From the NCBI GenBank assembly GCA_034667725.1, contig JAXDQS010000005.1:127228-191227 (forward strand): DNA of 64,000 nt, read 5' to 3'. Origin of the DNA: Thermoplasmata archaeon. GTDB taxonomy: Archaea > Thermoplasmatota > E2 > JACPAO01 > JAHFTW01. Below the pieces are notes generated by a model. That model worked only from the letters and a program-made list of their open reading frames with translations, had not been told where the DNA came from and did no database searches. The translations under genes were made by a program, and so were the position numbers. Shown here piece after piece: positions 46,536-55,319 of this stretch (position 1 is its first letter; each line of letters begins with the position of its first letter).

Positions 46536-47594
46536 ATGGCACGCCTCCTTGCCGGGCTCATGCTAGTCCTGTCCCTTGTGCTTGGGGCCTTCGCCGTCCC
46601 GGGCGCGACCGCGGGCACCGCCGCCGCGCCAGAGGTCGACGACCCCTGCGGCGACCGGGTCATCAACACGCTGGACCCCACGACCCAGGTTCCCTCCGAC
46701 GTCGCTGGCGCCGCCGACCTGGACTTCGCCTTCCTCCAGGAGAACGCGACCCACCTGCTGGCCACCGTGGCGGCCTGCAACGCCATCGAGCCGGGCTTGA
46801 TTTCCCAGCTTGGGCAGACGGCCAGCTACTCGTTCAACGTCCACTTCACCATCCAGGGCACCGAGGTCGAGGGCAGCGCCGTCGTCTCGGAGGACGGCAC
46901 CGCGCCCGGCGGCGTGGCAAGTGCTGCGACCCTGAACGGCACCTCGGTCCTCATCGCGATCCCCAAGACCGCCCTGCCGGCCTCGGCGGCGGGCACCCTG
47001 CTCACCGGGCTGCACGTCGAGTCGTCGGGCACGGCGCCGCCCGTCCCGGACACGGCCTTCGAGATCACCGACCGCGCCCCCGACGGCGAGGACGAGTTCG
47101 GCAGCAACTACACCATCACGGGCGGCAGCGACCCCGTGGCCAACCCGAACGACACCGACGGCGACGGCCTCAACAACACCTTCGAGCAGACCCACTTCGG
47201 CTCGCCCACCAGCCCGCAGAACGCCACCGGCGACCCCGACGGCGACGGCTGCAACAACCTGTGCGAGCAGAAGGCCGGCACCGACCCGAACAAGGCGGAC
47301 ACCGACGGCGACGGCTTCAGCGACTCGGCGGAGCTTGCGGCGGGCACCAACCCGAACGACAAGAACTCCAAGCCGGCGACCGGCACGACGTCGACCACGA
47401 CCACCACGACGTCGACGACGCCGACATCGACCTCCACCTCCACCGGCACCAGCGACACCTCGTCCAGCACCTCCGCGAGCCCCGCCGACAAGCTGCTGAA
47501 AATCGACGCCCAGTACACCTACGTCGCCGCCGGCGGCGCGCTCTTGGTCATCGTGCTTGCGGTCATCGGGCGCTTCGGGAGGTGGGGCCTGTGA
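46536..47594 (+). CDS. Cell-surface protein with DxDGDG (TSP3-like) Ca-binding repeats, Thr/Ser linker and C-terminal TM
   Basis: Signal peptide; DTDGDGL, DPDGDG, GTDP..ADTDGDG; poly-Thr linker; TM. Confidence 0.8.
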   Translation: MARLLAGLMLVLSLVLGAFAVPGATAGTAAAPEVDDPCGDRVINTLDPTTQVPSDVAGAADLDFAFLQENATHLLATVAACNAIEPGLISQLGQTASYSFNVHFTIQGTEVEGSAVVSEDGTAPGGVASAATLNGTSVLIAIPKTALPASAAGTLLTGLHVESSGTAPPVPDTAFEITDRAPDGEDEFGSNYTITGGSDPVANPNDTDGDGLNNTFEQTHFGSPTSPQNATGDPDGDGCNNLCEQKAGTDPNKADTDGDGFSDSAELAAGTNPNDKNSKPATGTTSTTTTTTSTTPTSTSTSTGTSDTSSSTSASPADKLLKIDAQYTYVAAGGALLVIVLAVIGRFGRWGL

Positions 47595-48241
47595 CGGACG
47601 ACGCCAACGTCACCGAGCGCCCCACCGGCGAAGCCAAGCACGCGCACCTCAAGGCGAACGTCCGCCGGCGCCGCGGCCTCTACGCCCTCATCGTGTTCCT
47701 GGCCATCGCCACCTTGGCGCTGGCCCTCGTGGACATCGCGGTCCTGCGCGAGGACCCGCCCAAGGACCGCATGATCGAGTACGCCGTCTACGGCCTGCTC
47801 GCGGTGCTGTTCCTGTGGGCGTTCTTCATGCTGTTCAGCGGCAAGCGCCAGGAAGCCCCCCTCCAGGAGGAGGTCGAGGCGGCGCCCCGCGACATGTCGC
47901 GCGCGCTGCTGCAGTGCCCCGACTGCAAGTCCGTCTTCCAGTACGGCGCCATCAACTTCACCGACGCCAAGAAGACCGCCTTCAGCTGCCCCGTGTGCGG
48001 CGTCTACTCGCAGCTCCCCGACCCCGAGGCCGAGCCCGTCAAGGTCGTCCGCCCCGAGGGCGAGTTCAAGGAGCTGCAGTACCACTGCACGCACTGCAAC
48101 GAGGACCTGGCCGTCGGCACCTTCGGCGAGACCCCGCTGCACCTGGTGCGGTTCCGCGCCTGCCCGAACTGCGGCGAGAAGGGCTTCATCGAGCGGCTGC
48201 CCGCGAGCCCGCCGGCGCACTTCGAAGGCCAGTCCGCGTAG
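47591..48241 (+). CDS. Membrane protein with two TM helices and a double zinc ribbon
   Basis: CPDC...CPVC and CTHC...CPNC; GTG start overlaps the upstream stop. Confidence 0.75.
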   Translation: MTDDANVTERPTGEAKHAHLKANVRRRRGLYALIVFLAIATLALALVDIAVLREDPPKDRMIEYAVYGLLAVLFLWAFFMLFSGKRQEAPLQEEVEAAPRDMSRALLQCPDCKSVFQYGAINFTDAKKTAFSCPVCGVYSQLPDPEAEPVKVVRPEGEFKELQYHCTHCNEDLAVGTFGETPLHLVRFRACPNCGEKGFIERLPASPPAHFEGQSA

Positions 48242-48244
48242 CCG

Positions 48245-49417
48245 CTACAGCGACTTCGCGCGCTTGGTGTCTTCCCACGGCAGCTTCAGGTCCGGGCGGC
48301 CGAAGTGGCCATACGCCGACGTGTCGGTGTAGAGGGGACGGCGCAGCCGCAGCTCCTCGATGATGGCGCCGGGGCTGAAGTCGAACTCGCGGCGCAGCAC
48401 CGCCTCGAGCGCCTCGTCCGGCGTCTTGCCGCGGGTGCCGGGGACGGTGGCGGTTCCGAACGACTCCACCGCGATGCTGACGGGCTGAAGGCTGCCGATG
48501 GAGTAGGCGACCTGGATCTGCACCTTGGCGCACAAGCCGGCGGCCACCAGGTTCTTGGCGGCGTAGCGGGCGAAGTAGGCGGCCGAGCGGTCCACCTTGG
48601 TCGGGTCCTTGCCGGAGAAGGCGCCGCCGCCGTGGGGGATCCAGCCGCCGTAGGTGTCCACGATGATCTTGCGCCCGGTAAGGCCGCAGTCGCCCTTGGG
48701 GCCGCCGATCTCGAACTTGCCGGTGTGGTTGATGAAGTACTTCGTGCCCTTGTGCAGCCAGCCTTCCGGGATGACGGCGTCGATGCAGTGCTCGCGCAGC
48801 TCGGCGTGCAGGTCTTCTTGGCTGATGTCCGGGCTGTGCTGGGCCGCGAGCACGACGGCGTCCACGGCGACGGGGTGGCCGTCCTCGTAGCGCACCGACA
48901 CCTGCGACTTGCCGTCCGGCCGCAGCCAGGAGAGCTTGCCGTGGCGCAGCTCCGTGAGGCGGCGGGTGAGGCCGTGCGCCAGGCTGATCGGGATGGGCAT
49001 GAAGTCGGGCGCCATGCCGTTCTCCAGGTTGGCCTGGGCGTAGCCGAACATGAGGCCTTGGTCGCCGGCGCCGATCTTCTTGTCCTTGCGCGACACGACG
49101 CCTTGGGCGATGTGGGCGGACTGGGGGACGATGCGCGACGTGAACTGGGCCGTGTCCCAGCCGATGCCGGTCTCGGGGGAATCGTACCCGATGGCCTTGA
49201 TGGCGCGGCGGGCGATGTGCTCGTGGTCGACCTCGCCGGTGGACGAGATTTCCCCCGCGACGCAGATGAACTCGGTGGCCACCAGCGACTCGCAGGCAAC
49301 ACGGCTGGCGGCGTCCTTCCGGAGGTAGGCGTCCAGGATGGAGTCGCTGATGCGGTCGGCGACCTTGTCCGGGTGTCCCTCGGTCACGGACTCGGAGGAG
49401 AAGACGAGGCGTCCCAT
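48245..49417 (-). CDS. metK: S-adenosylmethionine synthetase (bacterial/eukaryotic type)
   Basis: SESVTEGHPDK, GAGDQG, DGKSQV, GLTGRKIIVDTYGG, GGGAFSGKDPTKVDRS, YGHFG. Confidence 0.97.
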   Translation of the reverse strand: MGRLVFSSESVTEGHPDKVADRISDSILDAYLRKDAASRVACESLVATEFICVAGEISSTGEVDHEHIARRAIKAIGYDSPETGIGWDTAQFTSRIVPQSAHIAQGVVSRKDKKIGAGDQGLMFGYAQANLENGMAPDFMPIPISLAHGLTRRLTELRHGKLSWLRPDGKSQVSVRYEDGHPVAVDAVVLAAQHSPDISQEDLHAELREHCIDAVIPEGWLHKGTKYFINHTGKFEIGGPKGDCGLTGRKIIVDTYGGWIPHGGGAFSGKDPTKVDRSAAYFARYAAKNLVAAGLCAKVQIQVAYSIGSLQPVSIAVESFGTATVPGTRGKTPDEALEAVLRREFDFSPGAIIEELRLRRPLYTDTSAYGHFGRPDLKLPWEDTKRAKSL

Positions 49418-49471
49418 CGGCGTGGCGCGGACGCCCGGGCTGATTGAAAAGGGAGGAGGTTCCGCCAGGGC

Positions 49472-49744
49472 CTACATCAGGCGGCCCATGTCGACCAGGT
49501 CGGCGCCTTGGACGCCGGGGAGGCCGGTGAGGGTCTGCTCGACGATGTCGTTGTTGCCCTCGACGTCCTGCACGATGAGGGACACGACCAGGACCTTCAT
49601 GCCGAACACGAAGGGCTGGATGTCCGCCTTGCTCACGCGGCCGACGCTCGCGGGCAGGGCCTTCCGGACGGCGGCCTCAAGCTGCGACATGTCGGTGGAG
49701 GCGTCTTCAGGCGTGAGGCGGTACTTCAGGAGGACTTCACCCAT
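49472..49744 (-). CDS. ef1b: Elongation factor 1-beta
   Basis: MGEV...P.D...D, 'PFVFGMK.L', 90 aa; typical aEF-1beta. Confidence 0.92.
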   Translation of the reverse strand: MGEVLLKYRLTPEDASTDMSQLEAAVRKALPASVGRVSKADIQPFVFGMKVLVVSLIVQDVEGNNDIVEQTLTGLPGVQGADLVDMGRLM

Positions 49745-49859
49745 AGGGCACTTCCAGGGTCGCGACTGGGGCGCGATATATCATGGTTGGCGCCCCGACG
49801 CGCTCCGCCCAACCTGTTTCTTGCCGACACTTTTCTACCCCCCCGCCGGTGCCTTCGGC

Positions 49860-50087
49860 ATGCGTTTGGCCCTCGCGTCCACCGCCACCCTTCTGCTCGC
49901 CCTTGGCCTGCTTGCCGTCGCCCCGGCGCCGGCCACCGCCTACGACTGCGAGGCCAACCTCGGCTCGACCATCGGGTTCGTCTGCTACGGGACGTACTGG
50001 TGCGACAGCGGCGGCATCTGCGCCCAGGAGATGTGCGTCTTCGAGACGCGCGCCGGGCAGTTCGTCTGCGTGCTGTCGCCGCCGTAA
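49860..50087 (+). CDS. Small secreted Cys-rich peptide (6 Cys, CVFET motif)
   Basis: MRLALASTATLLLALGLLAVAPAPATA|YDCEANLGSTIGFVCYGTYWCDSGGICAQEMCVFETRAGQFVCVLSPP. Confidence 0.72.
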   Translation: MRLALASTATLLLALGLLAVAPAPATAYDCEANLGSTIGFVCYGTYWCDSGGICAQEMCVFETRAGQFVCVLSPP

Positions 50088-50112
50088 GCCAGGCGCCTCC
50101 GCCCCGGGAGCC

Positions 50113-50622
50113 CTACTTCAGCAGCTTCGCCGCCTTCTCCATCGTCGGCCAGTCCCGCGTCGTCGCGCGCACGCCGAAGGCCTTCTCGATGACCTCGTTG
50201 GGGTAGACGCCGGTCTCGTCCACCCGGCGCCGCACCCCCAGCGCGAACCGGCCCTCGACGGCCAGCACGCGCACTCCCCAGCCCTTTCCTTCGGGCGCCT
50301 CCAGGGGCAGCGCCACCCTGCCAGGCTCCTTGGAGAGCGCCGTCGCGAACCGCCTGGCGCCGTCCGGCGCCTTGAGCGCCTCTCCTGCAGCGAGGGCGGC
50401 CTGCACGTCCTTGGCCGCGACGACGAGGACCTCCGGCTCGAACGGCATAGCGTCCGCGAGCCGCTTGCGCAGCGTGGACTCGGCGACGCGCTTGCCGACG
50501 ACGAAGGTGCCGGCGGCCCCGATGCTGCGGACCTCCAGGTCGGCCAGCGCCGCCTCGACGGCCTTGGGGGAGAAGCGCTTGGAGCCGAGGTTGGCGCCGC
50601 GCAGCAGGGCGAGGACGGGCAT
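50113..50622 (-). CDS. DUF1697 family protein
   Basis: N-terminal ALLRGANLG and C-terminal ATTRDWPT. Confidence 0.8.
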   Translation of the reverse strand: MPVLALLRGANLGSKRFSPKAVEAALADLEVRSIGAAGTFVVGKRVAESTLRKRLADAMPFEPEVLVVAAKDVQAALAAGEALKAPDGARRFATALSKEPGRVALPLEAPEGKGWGVRVLAVEGRFALGVRRRVDETGVYPNEVIEKAFGVRATTRDWPTMEKAAKLLK

Positions 50623-50753
50623 CGTCGCGGCAGCGGCCGTCGGGTCATCAGGTTCACGCAGGGGCCCTGGTTGAAGGACTGGCCAGGTCATTACCCGCCC
50701 CGCCCCCTCCAAGCGAAAGCAAACTTCATGCCCAGGCAGGGTCTGGTGTTCCC

Positions 50754-51656
50754 GTGCGCGTCCTGCTGGCCTCCTTGCTTTGCCTCCTTGCCGCCGCCGT
50801 CGCGGCCGCCCAGGTCGCCCAGACGTCGAGGCCGACCTGCGAACTGGCCTCGCCTCTGCCGTCCACGATGGAAGAAGGCGACACCGTGGTGTTCAAGGTG
50901 GACTGCAGCGACCCCAATGGCGACCTGAAGGGCCTGGAATGGAGCGACGGCCAGACCCAGCAGGCCCTGGACGGCTCGCACTCCCGGTTCGAGCGCGGGT
51001 TCACCCCCGAGGCGGAGGGCGTGGCCGAGTTCGTGGTGACCGGCATCGACGCAGCAGGCACGTACTCCGCCCCGTTGCGCTGGAGCATCGAGGTCACGGC
51101 GGCCGGAGGAGGCGTCAGCGGCGGGGACGTCGCGACCTGGGTCGGCGGGGCGGCGGCCTTGGGCGGCGGCGCGTACGGTGTGCGGCGCTACCAGAAGACA
51201 AGGCACGCCAGGGCAGCGGCCAACGTCCAGGCCGGCATCAACACGGGCAGCATGGCGGCCTCCGCGTCGGGCCCCGCCGTCGGCAGCAACTCCGGCGCCG
51301 TCGTGCAGGGCAACTCGGGCACCATGATCCACGGCAACACGGGGACCATCGTGATGCAGGCCCAGACGCCGTCCAGCATGGTCCCGCCTGGCGTCCCGCC
51401 CCGCCGCCAGGAGCTTTACCGCGCCTTGGACGAGGCCCACGAGCTGCTGGACACGTCCGAAGGCGGCGAGCGCGTCATCGTCGCCCGCGACATGGTGGAC
51501 GAGGTGCTGGCCGACCTGCGGGACGGCAAGAGCCCCAAGGCCGGCAGCCGGGCCTACACCGCCGACGCCATCGAGCGCGCGCTCGAGAGCCCGGCGCCGC
51601 GGGTCCAGGCGGGCGCCGCGACGCTTCGGGCCGCGGCGGCCGAGCTTCGCAAGTGA
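50754..51656 (+). CDS. Membrane protein: signal peptide, one Ig/PKD-like domain, Gly-rich TM, G/N/S-rich motif, helical C-terminal domain (paralogue 1)
   Basis: 'VDCSDPNGDL..LEW'; C-terminal half aligns with 51818-53140. Confidence 0.8.
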   Translation: MRVLLASLLCLLAAAVAAAQVAQTSRPTCELASPLPSTMEEGDTVVFKVDCSDPNGDLKGLEWSDGQTQQALDGSHSRFERGFTPEAEGVAEFVVTGIDAAGTYSAPLRWSIEVTAAGGGVSGGDVATWVGGAAALGGGAYGVRRYQKTRHARAAANVQAGINTGSMAASASGPAVGSNSGAVVQGNSGTMIHGNTGTIVMQAQTPSSMVPPGVPPRRQELYRALDEAHELLDTSEGGERVIVARDMVDEVLADLRDGKSPKAGSRAYTADAIERALESPAPRVQAGAATLRAAAAELRK

Positions 51657-51817
51657 GCCGCCGGAGGGCCCTCCAGGCGCGCCACACAAGCGCCGCGGGC
51701 CCGAACGGCAGGGCGTGGCCAGCCGCTTGCGCCCTCCCCTTGATGATAAGCTGATTGGCTAACCGTGGCCGAATCGGGAGAAGCAAGGTTCATCCTTCGG
51801 CGCGCAAGTGCTAGCAG

Positions 51818-53140
51818 GTGCGTCTTGCTTCCCCCTGGGTCGCCTTGCCCCTGGCCGCGGCCGCGACCCTCCTGGCCGTCGCCCTCGTCGCGGCCGCCGA
51901 GGACGACCCCAATGCCCCCCGCTGCCACATCGAGAAGCCCGACGAGCTCTCCTACGACAAGGCGCAGGACGCCCAGTTCCTCGTCGACCTCGGCGCGGCC
52001 CAAGAGTTCACCGTGGACTGCTTCAGCGGCAGCGAGCTGAAGCAGTTGACATGGTCCATATCCCGCCTGCGCGCCGACTTCACCGGCGAAATCCTGGCCG
52101 AAAACTCGACCTCTCCGTCAGCCCTTGGGCCGTACGGCGGCACGTATGTGTTCAAGGTCCCGTTCCTGACCCCTGGTCCCCAGTTTCTGGCCATGCGCGT
52201 GGAGAGCGCCGGCAACAGGACCTTCCTCCCCACGGTGTACACCATCGTCCACAGCCCGCCGGACTGCCACATCAAGGCCCCCAGGGACGGCAACCTCCGG
52301 CTGGCCGTGGGCGGCTCGCAGTCGTTCGAGGTGGAGTGCACGGACGCGGACGGCGACCTGAGCGAAGTGGTGTGGTACGTCAACAACAAGGAGTACCAGC
52401 GGTCCCCCCTGGCGGGCGGCAACCCCCGCGACCATGTCTTCAGCCTCAACATCACGTTCTCCAAGGCCGGCCCGCAGAACGTCCAGGCCATCGCGTCCGA
52501 CGCCCGCAAGAACCGGGACCAGGACGACACCCTCCTGGTCTGGAAGGCGGAGGTCGGGTCCCTGGGCGGCCAGCCGGAAGACCCCGCCGGTGGCGGCCTG
52601 GACGGCGGCACGGCGGCGACCCTCGGCGGCGCGGCCGCGGCCACCGGCGGCGGCGCCTACGGGGCCGTCCGCTACCGCAAGGCCAAGCGCGCGAAGGCGA
52701 CCGCCAACGTGGGCGCCGCCGTCAACAAGGGCAACATGGCGGCCTCCGAGTCCGGCACCGCCGTCGGCACGAACTCCGGCATGGTGGCGCACGGCAACAG
52801 CGGCACCGTCATCAGCAACACGGGCACCCTCATCATGCAGGGCCCGCCCCCTGCGCACCTCCCGGTGCCGTCCGGCGTGCCCCCGCGCCGCCACGCCCTC
52901 TACCAAGCGCTGGAGGACGCCCGCGACGTGCTCGACGCCCCGGAGGCGGGCGCCGCCGTCGTCAACGCCCGCGACATGGTGGCCGACATGCTGGGCGACC
53001 TGCGCGAGGGCAAGAGCCCCCTGGCCGGCCAGCGGCAGGCCATCGCGGAGGCCATCGGGCGCGCGGCGCAGGCCCAGGTCCCGCGCATCCAGGAAGGTGC
53101 CGCCATGCTCCAGCAGGCCATGGAGGAGCTGCGCAAGTAG
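51818..53140 (+). CDS. Membrane protein: two Ig/PKD-like domains plus the same C-terminal architecture (paralogue 2)
   Basis: 'VDCFSGSELKQLTW' and 'VECTDADGDLSEVVW'; shared GGGAYG, MAAS.SG.AVG.NSG, GVPPRR..LY.AL, ARDMV, DLR.GKSP and terminal ELRK. Confidence 0.8.
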   Translation: MRLASPWVALPLAAAATLLAVALVAAAEDDPNAPRCHIEKPDELSYDKAQDAQFLVDLGAAQEFTVDCFSGSELKQLTWSISRLRADFTGEILAENSTSPSALGPYGGTYVFKVPFLTPGPQFLAMRVESAGNRTFLPTVYTIVHSPPDCHIKAPRDGNLRLAVGGSQSFEVECTDADGDLSEVVWYVNNKEYQRSPLAGGNPRDHVFSLNITFSKAGPQNVQAIASDARKNRDQDDTLLVWKAEVGSLGGQPEDPAGGGLDGGTAATLGGAAAATGGGAYGAVRYRKAKRAKATANVGAAVNKGNMAASESGTAVGTNSGMVAHGNSGTVISNTGTLIMQGPPPAHLPVPSGVPPRRHALYQALEDARDVLDAPEAGAAVVNARDMVADMLGDLREGKSPLAGQRQAIAEAIGRAAQAQVPRIQEGAAMLQQAMEELRK

Positions 53141-53191
53141 CTGCTCCCGTCATCCACAAACCCCATAACGGCCCGCCCGAACCCCGGGCCC

Positions 53192-54925
53192 ATGCGCGCC
53201 GCGCTGGCCCTGCTCCTCGTTCTGCCCCTGCTTGCCGGCTGCGTCTCCGACGACGACCAGGCCGTCCAGCCCAACCCTGAGCCGCAGCGCGCGCCCGACT
53301 GGGCCGCCCGCGCCATCTTCCTCGGCGCCGACCCCGCCGACACCGACGGCTTCCCCGACCACGACCACCACAACCGCACCCTGCACAAGGGCGTCAGCAC
53401 CCCGAACTTCGAGGTCGTGGGCCACGCCGCCTCGGACTCCGCCTACTACCAAGGCAACGCGCCAGGCACCGGCTACTGCGGCGACGTCTCGCAGCACAAC
53501 GGCACCAGCCGGCAGCTGGCCGTGTCGCACTCGCTGCTGTCCGACGTGGGCCTGTCCGTCTACGACGTGGCCGACCGCACGGCCCCCGTGCTGCTGGGCG
53601 AGCTGGTGCTGCCGCTGGCGTTCACCTACGACGCCGCCATCTTCGAGGACGGCAGGTACGCGGTCATCGCCGCCAACCCGGACGCCGGCCTTGAGCAGGA
53701 CCCCGCCGTCCCGCCCGTTCCCCTGACCATGTCCTGGCGCGACGCCTGCACCGGCACCGAGCGCCCCGTCGGCTCCAACGTCGACTACACGCCCTACGGC
53801 TACTCCGCCATCCTGGTGGACCTCGCCGACCCCTCCAACCCCACCGTCGCGGACTTCTACGAGTACCCCGGCGGCCGCAACGTCCACTCCATCAGCGCCA
53901 CCACCATCGACGGCATCCGCTACGTCGCGACCTCCGGCCTCGGCGCCGTGCCCTGCACCGTCCCCAGCGTGCCCGGCCTCCCGCAGCCCCCGCCGCCGGT
54001 CCCGCCCGTGGCCGCCCCGCCCTGCCCGAACATGGTGCAGGTCCCGCGCTACGGCAACCTGCTGTCGCACTACGACTTCCTCACCGTCGAGGAGACCGCC
54101 TCGGCCCCCGACGCCCGCCTCCAGGCCCGCCTCGTGCCGTTCGCCGTGTACACGCCCTCGGACCAGACCCACATCGACCCGAGCCTGCTCTACCTCTCCA
54201 ACGGCCACACCGACGCGACCCTCCAGAAGCACCCCGTCACCGGCCAGGTCATCGGCTACCTCGCCGACTGGGACGGCGGCCTGCACACCATCCGCCTCCA
54301 GAAGGCCGCCGCCGAAGTGCCCGACGGCCTCCCGGGCCAGGCCATCCCGCTCGGCAGCTGGGGCGCGGCCCCCGGCGACGACCCCACCCAGAACCGCGGC
54401 AACATCCACTCCGCCAAGCCGATCGCCGGACTGCGCGACGGCCACCACTACACCCTCACCGGCCAAGAGGTCGTGGGCCGCCCCGGCGGCCGCCCCACCG
54501 GCCAGATCGTGCTCTTGGACACCACCAACCCCGCCGTGCCCTACCCCAAGGCCCGCTGGACCCTGCCCATCGACGTCCAATGGCCCGGCAGCCTCGGCCT
54601 CGCCTTCAGCACCCACTACCCCATCCTGGTCGAGGACACCCTGTTCGTCGCCATGTACCACGGCGGCGTCTGGGCCGCCGACGCCTCACAGGAGAACTGG
54701 CCCGACCTGCCCTCGCTCGGCGTCTTCATCCCCGACGCCGACGTGGTCGGCACCCCGGCGCACGCCAGCCTCGCCCCCGAAGTCCTGGAAGTGCTGGACC
54801 TCGGCGACGGCCACTTGCTGGTGTTCGACGGCGACTCCGGCGCCTACGTCGTCAAGTTCACCGGCCGCCACCCCGACGTGCCGCCGGCGATGGCGTGGGA
54901 CGAGACGATCGGGTTCATCGGCTGA
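53192..54925 (+). CDS. LVIVD-repeat beta-propeller lipoprotein
   Basis: Lipobox LAGC; repeats 'LSVYDVADRTAP', 'ILVDLADPSNP' and 'IVLLDTTNPAVP'. Confidence 0.8.
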   Translation: MRAALALLLVLPLLAGCVSDDDQAVQPNPEPQRAPDWAARAIFLGADPADTDGFPDHDHHNRTLHKGVSTPNFEVVGHAASDSAYYQGNAPGTGYCGDVSQHNGTSRQLAVSHSLLSDVGLSVYDVADRTAPVLLGELVLPLAFTYDAAIFEDGRYAVIAANPDAGLEQDPAVPPVPLTMSWRDACTGTERPVGSNVDYTPYGYSAILVDLADPSNPTVADFYEYPGGRNVHSISATTIDGIRYVATSGLGAVPCTVPSVPGLPQPPPPVPPVAAPPCPNMVQVPRYGNLLSHYDFLTVEETASAPDARLQARLVPFAVYTPSDQTHIDPSLLYLSNGHTDATLQKHPVTGQVIGYLADWDGGLHTIRLQKAAAEVPDGLPGQAIPLGSWGAAPGDDPTQNRGNIHSAKPIAGLRDGHHYTLTGQEVVGRPGGRPTGQIVLLDTTNPAVPYPKARWTLPIDVQWPGSLGLAFSTHYPILVEDTLFVAMYHGGVWAADASQENWPDLPSLGVFIPDADVVGTPAHASLAPEVLEVLDLGDGHLLVFDGDSGAYVVKFTGRHPDVPPAMAWDETIGFIG

Positions 54926-55058
54926 AAGGCTCGCTGCGCTCGCCTTTCAGGATGCCTGCGGCGCCGACTAGGGGGGCCGCGCCCTCGGCCCGTGCGCTCG
55001 CTCCGCTCGCGCAGGCGGGCGTTCTCGGTCCTGCGCGCTGGCGCGCGCGGCGGCCCCC
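54922..55058. repeat. Repeat family B, copy 2 (inverted relative to copy 1)
   Basis: Reverse complement matches ~34897-34993; hairpin CTGAAAGGC/GCCTTTCAG at 54922-54950. Confidence 0.8.
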
Positions 55059-55094
55059 GGTCTTTTCAGGTCCCCCTGTCTCGCCCGGACAACT

Positions 55095-55168
55095 GGGGGA
55101 TTGGCCTAGCTCGGTATGGCAGCGGACTTTTAATCCGCCGGTCATGGGTTCGAATCCCATATCCCCCG
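55095..55168 (+). tRNA. tRNA-Lys (TTT)
   Basis: Acceptor GGGGGAT/ATCCCCC, anticodon arm GCGGA-CTTTTAA-TCCGC, T-arm ATGGG-TTCGAAT-CCCAT. Confidence 0.95.
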
Positions 55169-55244
55169 TTCTGGCGACGATGGTGAAGGGTGCGCCGTCA
55201 GGCGCCGCCGAAGGCGAAGCCGAGGCGGACGGTGGGTCGCGCCC

Positions 55245-55269
55245 GGTTCTGAATCCCATGTCCCCCGTT
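55245..55269 (+). repeat. Degenerate duplicate of the tRNA-Lys 3' end
   Basis: ggttctgaatcccatgtcccccgtt versus ggttcgaatcccatatcccccgtt (55147-55170): one insertion and one substitution. Confidence 0.8.
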
Positions 55270-55319
55270 TCGCGGACTTGGCCAACAGGCCGATAACCTT
55301 CGCTCGCCCGCTCCTGTCG

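Noticed and set aside
15072-55244. A prophage or integrative island bounded by the tRNA repeats
   Set aside because: Each duplicate lies within ~130 bp of its own tRNA; the intervening DNA holds core genes, with no integrase or phage genes.
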